Assembly (NCBI GenBank): GCA_964344335.1
Contig: CAYFMW010000005.1
Coordinates: forward strand, 1-62,018
DNA: 62,018 nucleotides
Direction of reading: 5' to 3'
Origin: an uncultured Oscillospiraceae bacterium
GTDB taxonomy: Bacteria; Bacillota; Clostridia; Peptostreptococcales; Anaerovoracaceae
Shown: one piece after another, positions 49,644 to 57,315 of the stretch
Position numbering within the stretch: position 1 is the stretch's first letter
Layout: each line of letters begins with the position of its first letter
Translations under genes and position numbers: made by a program
The notes under the pieces: model-generated
Database searches by the model: none
What the model was told of the DNA's origin: nothing
The model's input: only the letters and a program-made list of their open reading frames with translations

Positions 49644-49904
49644 ATGGCAAGTAAAAAAGGTGTAGGCAGCTCTAAGAACGGCCGCGATTCCGCATCTAAA
49701 CGACTCGGAGTCAAGAGAGGTGACGGTCAGTTCGTCAGTGCCGGAACGATACTCGTACGGCAGAGAGGCACAAAGATTCACCCCGGCAATAATGTCGGCA
49801 AAGGCGGAGACGACACTTTGTTCGCCACGCAGTCGGGAGTCGTAAGATTTGAAAGGAAGGATAAGACGCGTAAAAAGGTGAGCGTCTATCCGGAACACGC
49901 ATAA
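49644..49904 (+). CDS. rpmA: 50S ribosomal protein L27 (no N-terminal propeptide)
   Basis: It starts directly at [16 protein letters not shown]. Confidence 0.95.
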   Translation: MASKKGVGSSKNGRDSASKRLGVKRGDGQFVSAGTILVRQRGTKIHPGNNVGKGGDDTLFATQSGVVRFERKDKTRKKVSVYPEHA

Positions 49905-49911
49905 ACATCCG

Positions 49912-49946
49912 GGCCTCTATGGAGAACATAGAGGCCTGATTTTTAT
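49912..49946 (+). terminator. intrinsic terminator after rpmA
   Basis: GGCCTCTATG/CATAGAGGCC stem with a GAGAA loop, followed by TGATTTTTATTT. Confidence 0.7.
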
Positions 49947-49954
49947 TTGAGAAA

Positions 49955-51229
49955 ATGTTTATAGATAAAGCAACTATTAAAATTAAATCGGGCAAGGGCG
50001 GAAACGGAGCTGTCTCCTTCAGAAAGGAAGCCTTCGTTCCTCAGGGCGGTCCCGATGGCGGAAACGGAGGAAGGGGCGGAGATGTCGTCTTTGAAGTCGA
50101 CTCAGGCCTTCGCACTCTGATGGATTTCCGATACAAAACCAAATATAAAGCGGAGAACGGTGAGGACGGCCGCGGCAAAAAGCAGTTCGGCAAGGACGGG
50201 GAGGATCTTGTGATAAGAGTTCCCGAAGGCACTGTTATAAGGGACGCCGAAAGCGGTCTTTTGATGGCCGATCTTAAGGAGAAGGGGACGCGATTCGTTG
50301 CGGCTAAAGGCGGTAGAGGCGGACGCGGCAACGATATGTTCAAGAATTCCGTGCGGCGGGCTCCGAATTTTGCGGAAGCCGGGGGCGCTGCGCGCGAAAG
50401 AGTTGTAATACTTGAGCTTAAATTGATTGCGGATGTCGGGCTCGTAGGATTTCCGAATGTCGGAAAATCAACTCTGCTATCGGTATCCACGAATGCAAAC
50501 CCGAAGATAGCCGGATATCATTTCACTACCCTTACGCCGAATTTAGGGGTAGTCAATATCTTCGACAAGAGCTTTGTAATGGCCGATATTCCGGGAATAA
50601 TTAAAGGTGCGAGCGAAGGAGCCGGACTCGGGCTCGATTTCCTCAAGCATATCGAGCGGACCAGAATGCTGATTCATGTGGTCGATGTCGCCGGAAGCGA
50701 AGGCAGAGATCCCAAGGATGATTTCGACAAGATAAATGCCGAGCTCAGTTCATACAGCTCTAAACTTGCCGATAAACCCCAGATAGTCTGCGCGAATAAG
50801 ATGGATATCTGCGCGCCGGAAGATTATGAAGAATTTAAGGAATATGTCAATTCCAAAGGTTATAAAGTTTACCCCTGCAGCGCGCCCATACATCAGGGCG
50901 TAGACGAGCTGCTCAAGGCCACCTTGACTATACTCCTTTCGCTTCCTGAAGAGGAGGAACCCGTTATCGAATTTGAGGATATTGCACTTCAGCAGGAGGC
51001 TGATTACAGAAAGGTATATATTGAAAGAACTCCGGAGGGCTTTTTGCTTACGGGTAAACAGCTTAAAAAAATATTCGACTCCACGAATTTCAACGACGCC
51101 GGATCTCTGCGTCACTTGTACAAGTATATTGAAAACAGCGGCGCAAAGGAAGAGATGCTCAGTATGGGTCTCGAAGAGGGCGATACCGTAACCGTCATAG
51201 ATTACGACTTTGAATACTATGATGACTGA
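49955..51229 (+). CDS. obg: GTPase Obg
   Basis: Glycine-rich Obg fold (GGNGGRGGDV), G domain (GFPNVGKST) and a C-terminal OCT domain. Confidence 0.95.
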   Translation: MFIDKATIKIKSGKGGNGAVSFRKEAFVPQGGPDGGNGGRGGDVVFEVDSGLRTLMDFRYKTKYKAENGEDGRGKKQFGKDGEDLVIRVPEGTVIRDAESGLLMADLKEKGTRFVAAKGGRGGRGNDMFKNSVRRAPNFAEAGGAARERVVILELKLIADVGLVGFPNVGKSTLLSVSTNANPKIAGYHFTTLTPNLGVVNIFDKSFVMADIPGIIKGASEGAGLGLDFLKHIERTRMLIHVVDVAGSEGRDPKDDFDKINAELSSYSSKLADKPQIVCANKMDICAPEDYEEFKEYVNSKGYKVYPCSAPIHQGVDELLKATLTILLSLPEEEEPVIEFEDIALQQEADYRKVYIERTPEGFLLTGKQLKKIFDSTNFNDAGSLRHLYKYIENSGAKEEMLSMGLEEGDTVTVIDYDFEYYDD

Positions 51230-53078
51230 TTTTCAGACAAAATTGGACAGATTGCTGCCGCGGGTTGAAAAGCCCGCGCGCTATATAGGCGGGGAACTTC
51301 ACAGCGTCGTCAGAAAAGCTGACGCTTCGCAGCTGCGATTCGCCTTTTGTTTTCCTGACAGCTACGAGATAGGGATGTCCTACATGGGGCTCAGTATCCT
51401 CTACCATCTTTTGAACAAGACCGATCATACCTATTGCGAGCGCTGCTTTACGCCGGCTCCCGATATGGCCGAAGAGATGAGAAGGGCGGAGCTTCCGCTT
51501 TTCACTCTCGAAACCAAGACCCCTCTGTCCGAGATGGATATAATCGGCTTTACGCTGCAATACGAGCTTTGTTACAGCAACATTCTTCTGATGTTGCAGT
51601 TATCGGGAATTCCTGTGAGAACTTCCGAGCGTACGGATAAGCACCCGCTGATAATTGCCGGAGGCCCCTGCGCCTTCAATCCCGAGCCTATTGCGGATTT
51701 CTTCGATGTGATTTTGCTCGGAGACGGCGAGGAGTTGCTTCCCGAGTTTTGTAGAATCTATGCCGAGTTCAAGGCGCAAGGCAAAGGCCGCCAAGAATTC
51801 CTCGAAGAAGTTTCTCTGCTCCAAGGCGTCTACATTCCTTCGTTTTACGCAGTCGAGCGGGATGGGGACGGAAAGTATCTGAGCCATAGGAAACTGCGGG
51901 AATGCGCACCGAACAAGGTACTCAAGGCCATCGTGCGCGATATAGACAAAGTTGATTTTCCTAAGGAGAGCATAGTTCCTCTTATAGAGGTGGTTCACGA
52001 TCGTTCCGTCGCCGAGCTCTTTAGAGGTTGCAGCGCGGGCTGCAGATTCTGCCAGGCGGGCATGATTTACAGACCGGTCCGCGAGCGAAGCGAGGACAGG
52101 GTTATGGATATCGCAGTGAGCCAACTCGAGAGCAGCGGGCACGAGGAATTGTCGCTTCTTTCGCTTTCGACCTCGGATTACACCCGCTTTGAGTCTCTGG
52201 TAAGCAGGCTCAAGGATTACTGCAGGGATAATATGGTCAACCTATCCCTTCCATCTCTGCGCATGGATAATTTCAGCTTCGAGCTCCTCGACGAGATTCA
52301 GGGAAACCGCAAATCAGGACTCACATTTGCACCCGAGGCCGGTACTCAGAGGCTGAGGGATATAATAAACAAGAATATTACCGAGGAGCATATCTTCGGG
52401 AGCCTCGGGCGCGCCCTCGAGATGGGCTGGACTTCGGTAAAGCTCTACTTTATGATAGGCCTTCCCGGAGAGACCCGCGAAGACCTCGACGGGATTGTGG
52501 ATCTGGCTGCCAGAATTATGGATATGGCTCGCGAACAGAATAGGGGAAAAGTCGGACGCTTTAATGTTTCGGTCTCCGTATCCAACTTCGTTCCCAAGCC
52601 CTGCACCCCCTTTATGTGGGCAAGGCAGGACAGCCCGGAAGAGTTCAAGGACAAGCAATTCTATCTGAAGGACGAACTAAAGAAGATTAAAGGTGTATCC
52701 TACCGCTATCACGACCCCTTTGCCTCCATGCTTGAGGCGGTCTTTGCAAGGGGCGGAAGGGAACTTTCCCCGGTGCTCGAGCGTGCCTCCGAGCTCGGCG
52801 CCTGCTTCGATGCCTGGACGGAGGGCTTTAAAGAGGGCATATGGAGACAAGTTCTCGAAGAATTCGGAATCGACGAATATTACCCGGCCCTTGCGGGAGG
52901 CGATACTTCTTCCGTTCTGCCCTGGGAAATTGTCGACTGCGGAGTAAGCAGAGAATACTTGCTTTCCGAATGGGAGAGGGCGATGCGTGGCGATACCACG
53001 AAGGACTGCAGGTACGGTTGCAACGGCTGCGGAGTAAACGAATACACAAGCTGCGATTGGGGCGGGATCTATGCATAG
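51219..53078 (+). CDS. TIGR03960-type B12-binding-domain radical SAM protein
   Basis: It has a CSAGCRFC radical SAM cluster motif and is about 620 aa. It is paired with the downstream DUF2344 gene. The start is ambiguous (51210, 51219 or 51222). Confidence 0.75.
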   Translation: MMTDFQTKLDRLLPRVEKPARYIGGELHSVVRKADASQLRFAFCFPDSYEIGMSYMGLSILYHLLNKTDHTYCERCFTPAPDMAEEMRRAELPLFTLETKTPLSEMDIIGFTLQYELCYSNILLMLQLSGIPVRTSERTDKHPLIIAGGPCAFNPEPIADFFDVILLGDGEELLPEFCRIYAEFKAQGKGRQEFLEEVSLLQGVYIPSFYAVERDGDGKYLSHRKLRECAPNKVLKAIVRDIDKVDFPKESIVPLIEVVHDRSVAELFRGCSAGCRFCQAGMIYRPVRERSEDRVMDIAVSQLESSGHEELSLLSLSTSDYTRFESLVSRLKDYCRDNMVNLSLPSLRMDNFSFELLDEIQGNRKSGLTFAPEAGTQRLRDIINKNITEEHIFGSLGRALEMGWTSVKLYFMIGLPGETREDLDGIVDLAARIMDMAREQNRGKVGRFNVSVSVSNFVPKPCTPFMWARQDSPEEFKDKQFYLKDELKKIKGVSYRYHDPFASMLEAVFARGGRELSPVLERASELGACFDAWTEGFKEGIWRQVLEEFGIDEYYPALAGGDTSSVLPWEIVDCGVSREYLLSEWERAMRGDTTKDCRYGCNGCGVNEYTSCDWGGIYA

Positions 53079-53757
53079 ATATCTATTGGCTTTCTACAAA
53101 AAAGGATATATGCGTTTTATCTCTCACCTCGACTTGCAGAGGCTCTTTCGCCGCAGCATGAAGAGGGCGGGGATCGAACCCGCCTACACTGGGGGCTTCA
53201 ATCCGCACGAGCGCCTTTACATTGCTCAGCCTTTGTCTCTGGGTTTTGAGAGCGAGAAGGACTATTTTGAAATCTATTCCGAGCGACTGTATGAACCTTC
53301 CGCGCTATCCGAGATGTTCAATTCCGCGCTGCCTGAAGGCATCAAGATAACTTTTTGCCGGGAAATCTCGCTCGAAGGCAGAAAAATATCCGCAAGGATG
53401 GATTGGAGCGAATATCGGGCAATTTTTCTTACTGATAAAAGACCGGATATTGAGGGCTTTCTCGCACAGGAAAGGATTTGCGTTCTCAGGCGCGATAAGC
53501 GCAGTAAAAAGGCGGTCGAGCGCGAAATTAAAGCTTTGATACGATCGCTTGAGTGCGTGCTTTATAGCGATGGCGTGGCAATGCTTAATATGGTTCTAAG
53601 GAGCGCCGCAAACGAGACGCTCAACCCCGCGAGCCTTCTGGAATCCCTCTGCGAATTTTCAGGAATTGAAATTTCGCGCGAAGATATGCGGATAACGAGG
53701 CTCGATTCATTTCTCGATGTAAAAGGCGAGCTTGTGCCGCTCTCGGAGGCTCGATAA
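53071..53757 (+). CDS. TIGR03936/DUF2344 radical SAM-associated protein
   Basis: MRFISHLDLQRLFRR motif. It overlaps the upstream radical SAM gene. Confidence 0.7.
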   Translation: MHRYLLAFYKKGYMRFISHLDLQRLFRRSMKRAGIEPAYTGGFNPHERLYIAQPLSLGFESEKDYFEIYSERLYEPSALSEMFNSALPEGIKITFCREISLEGRKISARMDWSEYRAIFLTDKRPDIEGFLAQERICVLRRDKRSKKAVEREIKALIRSLECVLYSDGVAMLNMVLRSAANETLNPASLLESLCEFSGIEISREDMRITRLDSFLDVKGELVPLSEAR

Positions 53758-53801
53758 ATAATATCTCGGATTAACGCGGGGCAATTCTATAGTATAAAAT
53801 T

Positions 53802-53832
53802 AAAAAGGTGGGCAGCCTGCCCACCTTTTTTT
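53802..53832. terminator. bidirectional intrinsic terminator
   Basis: AAAAA-GGTGGGCA/TGCCCACC-TTTTTTT. Confidence 0.75.
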
Positions 53833-53889
53833 AGTTTTCCGATGCTAACTTTATTATATAGATTTTTCAATATTCCAGGAGGTTGAGTT

Positions 53890-55167
53890 ATGGGAAAACG
53901 ATTATTGTCGATATTCATGACGGTATGCCTGATTTTTTCTTCCTTCGTTCTAAGCGCTTTCGGCGCCGTCGAAAAGACCGATATAAGCGTCTTCAGCGAT
54001 GTGCCGAAGGATAGCTGGTATGCCGGGGAGATAGCTAAGGCTGTCGCCATGAAGAGTTTTGCAGGCTCCGGCGCGTTGATGCGGCCGCAGGATCCCGTAA
54101 CCAGGCAGGAAGCATTTACGGTGCTGGCCAAGGTCTTTAAGCTTGAAGACGGCAAGGCCGATTCCCTCGATGCTTTTAAAGATGCCGCGGATGTAAGCTC
54201 GTGGGCAATCGGAAAGCTCTCGGCTCTATACGAAGCGGGATACATAAGCGGCAGCAACGGACAGCTTAAACCGCTGGCGCCCATAAGTCGCGCGGAATTC
54301 GCTCAGATCATGTACAACATGGTGCAGGTATATATCAGTTCTGCAGGAACCTATACAGAGCTTGCAGAAGGGAATGTAATGGTAAATGCACCGGGCGTCG
54401 TATTTAAGGATATGGAAGTCAAGGGAGATGTAATTGTCGGCGACGGTGTAGGTGACGGTGACTTCACCCTCGACAATGTCAAGATAAACGGTCGCCTCGT
54501 GGTGAGAGGCGGAGGTGAAAATTCCATAATCATCAGGAACAAAACCAGCGTAGGAAATCTGATTGTCAGCAAGAGCGCCAGCGGAGGCCTGCGGGTTCGT
54601 ACCGAGCAGGGTTGCCGGGTGGAGATTATACATATCGACGACGGCAAAGATGATGTTATCCTCGAGGGCGAGTTTAACCGGGTTGTTGTGGAATCCGATA
54701 ATAGAATTCTTCTCAAAGATGCCGATGTTACGAGCCTGAGTCTGGCTGCCGAAAACAGCAATGTAAGCCTGCATGGGAACACAAAAGTTACGCTGGCGGA
54801 AATAGAGCAGAAAGCCGGGGGCTCCAAGCTGAACATCGGCAAAGAAGCTACGGTATATACCCAAAGCGGATTCGACAAAGCATTGGCCGGCGATTACACC
54901 GATGTATATCTGCATGAAGGCTGCTATGCGGAGATAAAAGAAGACACGACAACTGCGAAGCATATCGGCCTCGATCCCGGGTGCTCAATTGGGGATATGC
55001 CTGAACAGGATCGCCCGACAATTGAACTAAACAGTGGCACAAGACTCGAAAACCATAATACTGTGCGCGTCTATCCCATCGGGAAAATCCGGGTTATGCC
55101 GGGAGCGAACCTGAGCGGAAACGAGCCTGTTGTAGATGATGGCGGTATAGTCGAATACATTAATTGA
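53890..55167 (+). CDS. secreted SLH-domain cell-wall-anchored protein with beta-helix-like repeat region
   Basis: It has a signal peptide and SLH repeats (FSDVPKDSWYAGEI.., FKDAADVSSWA..). These are followed by repetitive G/D/V/N-rich segments. Confidence 0.8.
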   Translation: MGKRLLSIFMTVCLIFSSFVLSAFGAVEKTDISVFSDVPKDSWYAGEIAKAVAMKSFAGSGALMRPQDPVTRQEAFTVLAKVFKLEDGKADSLDAFKDAADVSSWAIGKLSALYEAGYISGSNGQLKPLAPISRAEFAQIMYNMVQVYISSAGTYTELAEGNVMVNAPGVVFKDMEVKGDVIVGDGVGDGDFTLDNVKINGRLVVRGGGENSIIIRNKTSVGNLIVSKSASGGLRVRTEQGCRVEIIHIDDGKDDVILEGEFNRVVVESDNRILLKDADVTSLSLAAENSNVSLHGNTKVTLAEIEQKAGGSKLNIGKEATVYTQSGFDKALAGDYTDVYLHEGCYAEIKEDTTTAKHIGLDPGCSIGDMPEQDRPTIELNSGTRLENHNTVRVYPIGKIRVMPGANLSGNEPVVDDGGIVEYIN

Positions 55168-55192
55168 AGCTAATTGAAAGGTCTTCAGTCGC

Positions 55193-55230
55193 TCGCCCGG
55201 GGGATATTTCCCCCGGGCGATTTTGTTTTT
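55193..55230 (+). terminator. intrinsic terminator after the SLH gene
   Basis: A 12-bp stem (TCGCCCGGGGGA/TCCCCCGGGCGA) with a TATT loop, followed by TTTTGTTTTT. Confidence 0.8.
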
Positions 55231-55352
55231 GCTTACTAATAAAAGGAAGGCAATGGAACCGGCATAAAGTAAATTGCTGCACTTAAAGATCCCAGGGTCT
55301 TTCCTTCCTATACATAATATGGTAATATATGGATATAAAGGAGGATAATGTA

Positions 55353-55784
55353 ATGAAGCCGCCCATGATTAATTTTAGAAAAATCAATCTGCGCAAGATA
55401 ACGAATGCGGTGATTTGGGTCTTCTGTGCGATCTCTGCGGCAGGCAGTATTAACACATATTTACATGGGCGCGCAGTGGAAGGGCCTAAGGTGATGTATG
55501 CCGTTCAAAGAGAGATTCCGATAGATGAAATGGAGTCTGAACTATCCGATGTGCATCAGGGCGGTGCGAAAGAGATCGATGAGGCTGAAAAGAAGATAAA
55601 TATAAATACGGCAAACAGCGAAGAGCTGCAACTTTTAAAAGGCATAGGTCCCTCCAAGGCAAAGGCTATAATTGAATATCGGGAGGCCTATGGAGGATTT
55701 CTTGTTTTGGAAGAAATAATGGAAGTGAAAGGGATAGGGCAGGCGACATTCAATTCTATAAAAGATAGTATTTGCATAAATTGA
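55353..55784 (+). CDS. comEA: ComEA-family helix-hairpin-helix DNA-binding protein
   Basis: It has an N-terminal TM helix and the motif NINTANSEELQLLKGIGPSKAKAIIEYRE. The ATG at 55353 has an AAAGGAGGA RBS. Confidence 0.85.
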   Translation: MKPPMINFRKINLRKITNAVIWVFCAISAAGSINTYLHGRAVEGPKVMYAVQREIPIDEMESELSDVHQGGAKEIDEAEKKININTANSEELQLLKGIGPSKAKAIIEYREAYGGFLVLEEIMEVKGIGQATFNSIKDSICIN

Positions 55785-55843
55785 CTAAGGCCTATCTTTT
55801 CGTAAGTATCGATGCATTCTAGCTCAAGCAATGTACCCATCAA

Positions 55844-55872
55844 TTGACGAAAATAGCGATAAATATTATAAT
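55844..55872 (+). promoter_or_regulatory. promoter for the DUF896-mnmA unit
   Basis: TTGACG, a 17-nt spacer, then TATAAT. Confidence 0.6.
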
Positions 55873-55895
55873 GCTAAGCGATAAGGGGGATTCCG

Positions 55896-56126
55896 ATGCT
55901 TACGGACTTAGTTACGGATGAAGAGCTCGCCAGGATAAACGAGTTGGCAAGAAAGAAGAAAACGGAAGGGCTTACTGAGAGCGAGACAGCAGAGCAGGCA
56001 AAGCTTAGGGAAAAATTTCTCGCAAATTTCCGCAAGCGCTTTCAGGAGCAGCTCGAATGCATAGAGATTGTCGAGCCTGACGATCCGAGATTGCTTGAGC
56101 AGAGGGCGAAGAACAGAAACAACTGA
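55896..56126 (+). CDS. DUF896 (UPF0291/YnzC-like) small protein
   Basis: RINELARKKKTEGLTESE..LREKFL pattern, 76 aa. Confidence 0.75.
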   Translation: MLTDLVTDEELARINELARKKKTEGLTESETAEQAKLREKFLANFRKRFQEQLECIEIVEPDDPRLLEQRAKNRNN

Positions 56127-57175
56127 TGAATCAAAACGGTCTTAAAAAAGTTCTTCTAGGATTTTCTGGAGGTGTCGACAGCAGCGCCGCAGCGCTGATA
56201 CTGAAGGAGCGCGGCTACGAAGTTGCGCCTCTTTATTTTAATGTTCTGCCCGAAACAGATTCGTTGCAGCTTAATAAGGCCGAAAATGCGGCCTCTGCGC
56301 TCGGCTTAGAACTTCTCAGCACAGATATATCAAAAGAATTCGAAAAACTCGTAATTCAGCCGTTTTTGGCCCGGAGACGAGCCGGAATTACTCCGAATCC
56401 TTGCGTAAACTGCAATCCTGCCGTCAAGTTTGCACTGTTCAAAAGAATTGCCGACGAAATCGGAGCCGAGTTTATCGCTACCGGCCACTTCGCACGCATC
56501 GATGACGGACCCGGAGGCAGGCGCATTTACAGGGCACGCTGTGCGGATAAGGATCAGTCATATATTCTCTATAGACTTAATCCCGATATCATTTCGAGAC
56601 TCATTCTGCCTATCGGCGATGCCGACTCCAAGGAAGAATTGAGGGAGCTGCTAAGAAATCACGGAATCCCGAGCAGCGAGGAAAAGGAGAGTCAGGATAT
56701 GTGCTTTGTAGTCGGCGAAAGTTCCGCTGACTTTATCGCTGCGAGAGGCTGCTGCGGCAAGAGTGGTCGATTTCTTTTGAGCGACGGTAGCGTGGTCGGC
56801 GAACATGGCGGGGTTGCGCTTTATACGGTCGGTCAGCGCAAGGGCCTGGGCCTGGCGCTCGGTAAACCTTATTATGTAAAGTCTCTGAACGCAGATACCG
56901 GAGATATCTTGCTGGCAGAGGATGCACAGCTCTACGATAACGAAGCATTTGTGGAGAATCTCTTTTGGCAGGGCGAAGCTCCGGCGGAGGGTTCACGCCT
57001 AATGTGCAAACTAAGGTACACGGCCAAGGAAGCCCCCTGCAGAGTCTATAAAAATGAGGGCGGACTGATTGCTGAATTCGAGCGGCCCATGAGGGCGATA
57101 ACTCCCGGTCAGTCTGCAGTTTTCTACAACGGTGACTTGTTGGAAGGTGGGGGATATATTCACCCAAGGCCTTGA
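56126..57175 (+). CDS. mnmA: tRNA 2-thiouridine(34) synthase
   Basis: GFSGGVDSS PP-loop, ATGHFAR and DQSY motifs. Confidence 0.9.
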   Translation: MNQNGLKKVLLGFSGGVDSSAAALILKERGYEVAPLYFNVLPETDSLQLNKAENAASALGLELLSTDISKEFEKLVIQPFLARRRAGITPNPCVNCNPAVKFALFKRIADEIGAEFIATGHFARIDDGPGGRRIYRARCADKDQSYILYRLNPDIISRLILPIGDADSKEELRELLRNHGIPSSEEKESQDMCFVVGESSADFIAARGCCGKSGRFLLSDGSVVGEHGGVALYTVGQRKGLGLALGKPYYVKSLNADTGDILLAEDAQLYDNEAFVENLFWQGEAPAEGSRLMCKLRYTAKEAPCRVYKNEGGLIAEFERPMRAITPGQSAVFYNGDLLEGGGYIHPRP

Positions 57176-57201
57176 CTTTTCAATGTGTATAGCCGTATGA
57201 T
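57172..57201 (+). promoter_or_regulatory. possible alaS promoter
   Basis: TTGACT, an 18-nt spacer, then TATGAT. Confidence 0.35.
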
Positions 57202-57315
57202 TAAAAGAATGGATAGCATCATTTGCAAGCTGTAAGGAAACTGATTACAAGCAGTAAATTCGCGTAAGGAGCAAAAGACGATTAAGATAATTAATTTATT
57301 TCCGGAGGATTTTTA

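Noticed and set aside
57176-57315. Possible T-box leader upstream of alaS
   Set aside because: The gap is only 140 nt. I see no T-box sequence (AGGGTGGNACCGCG-like), no specifier stem architecture and no terminator/antiterminator pair.
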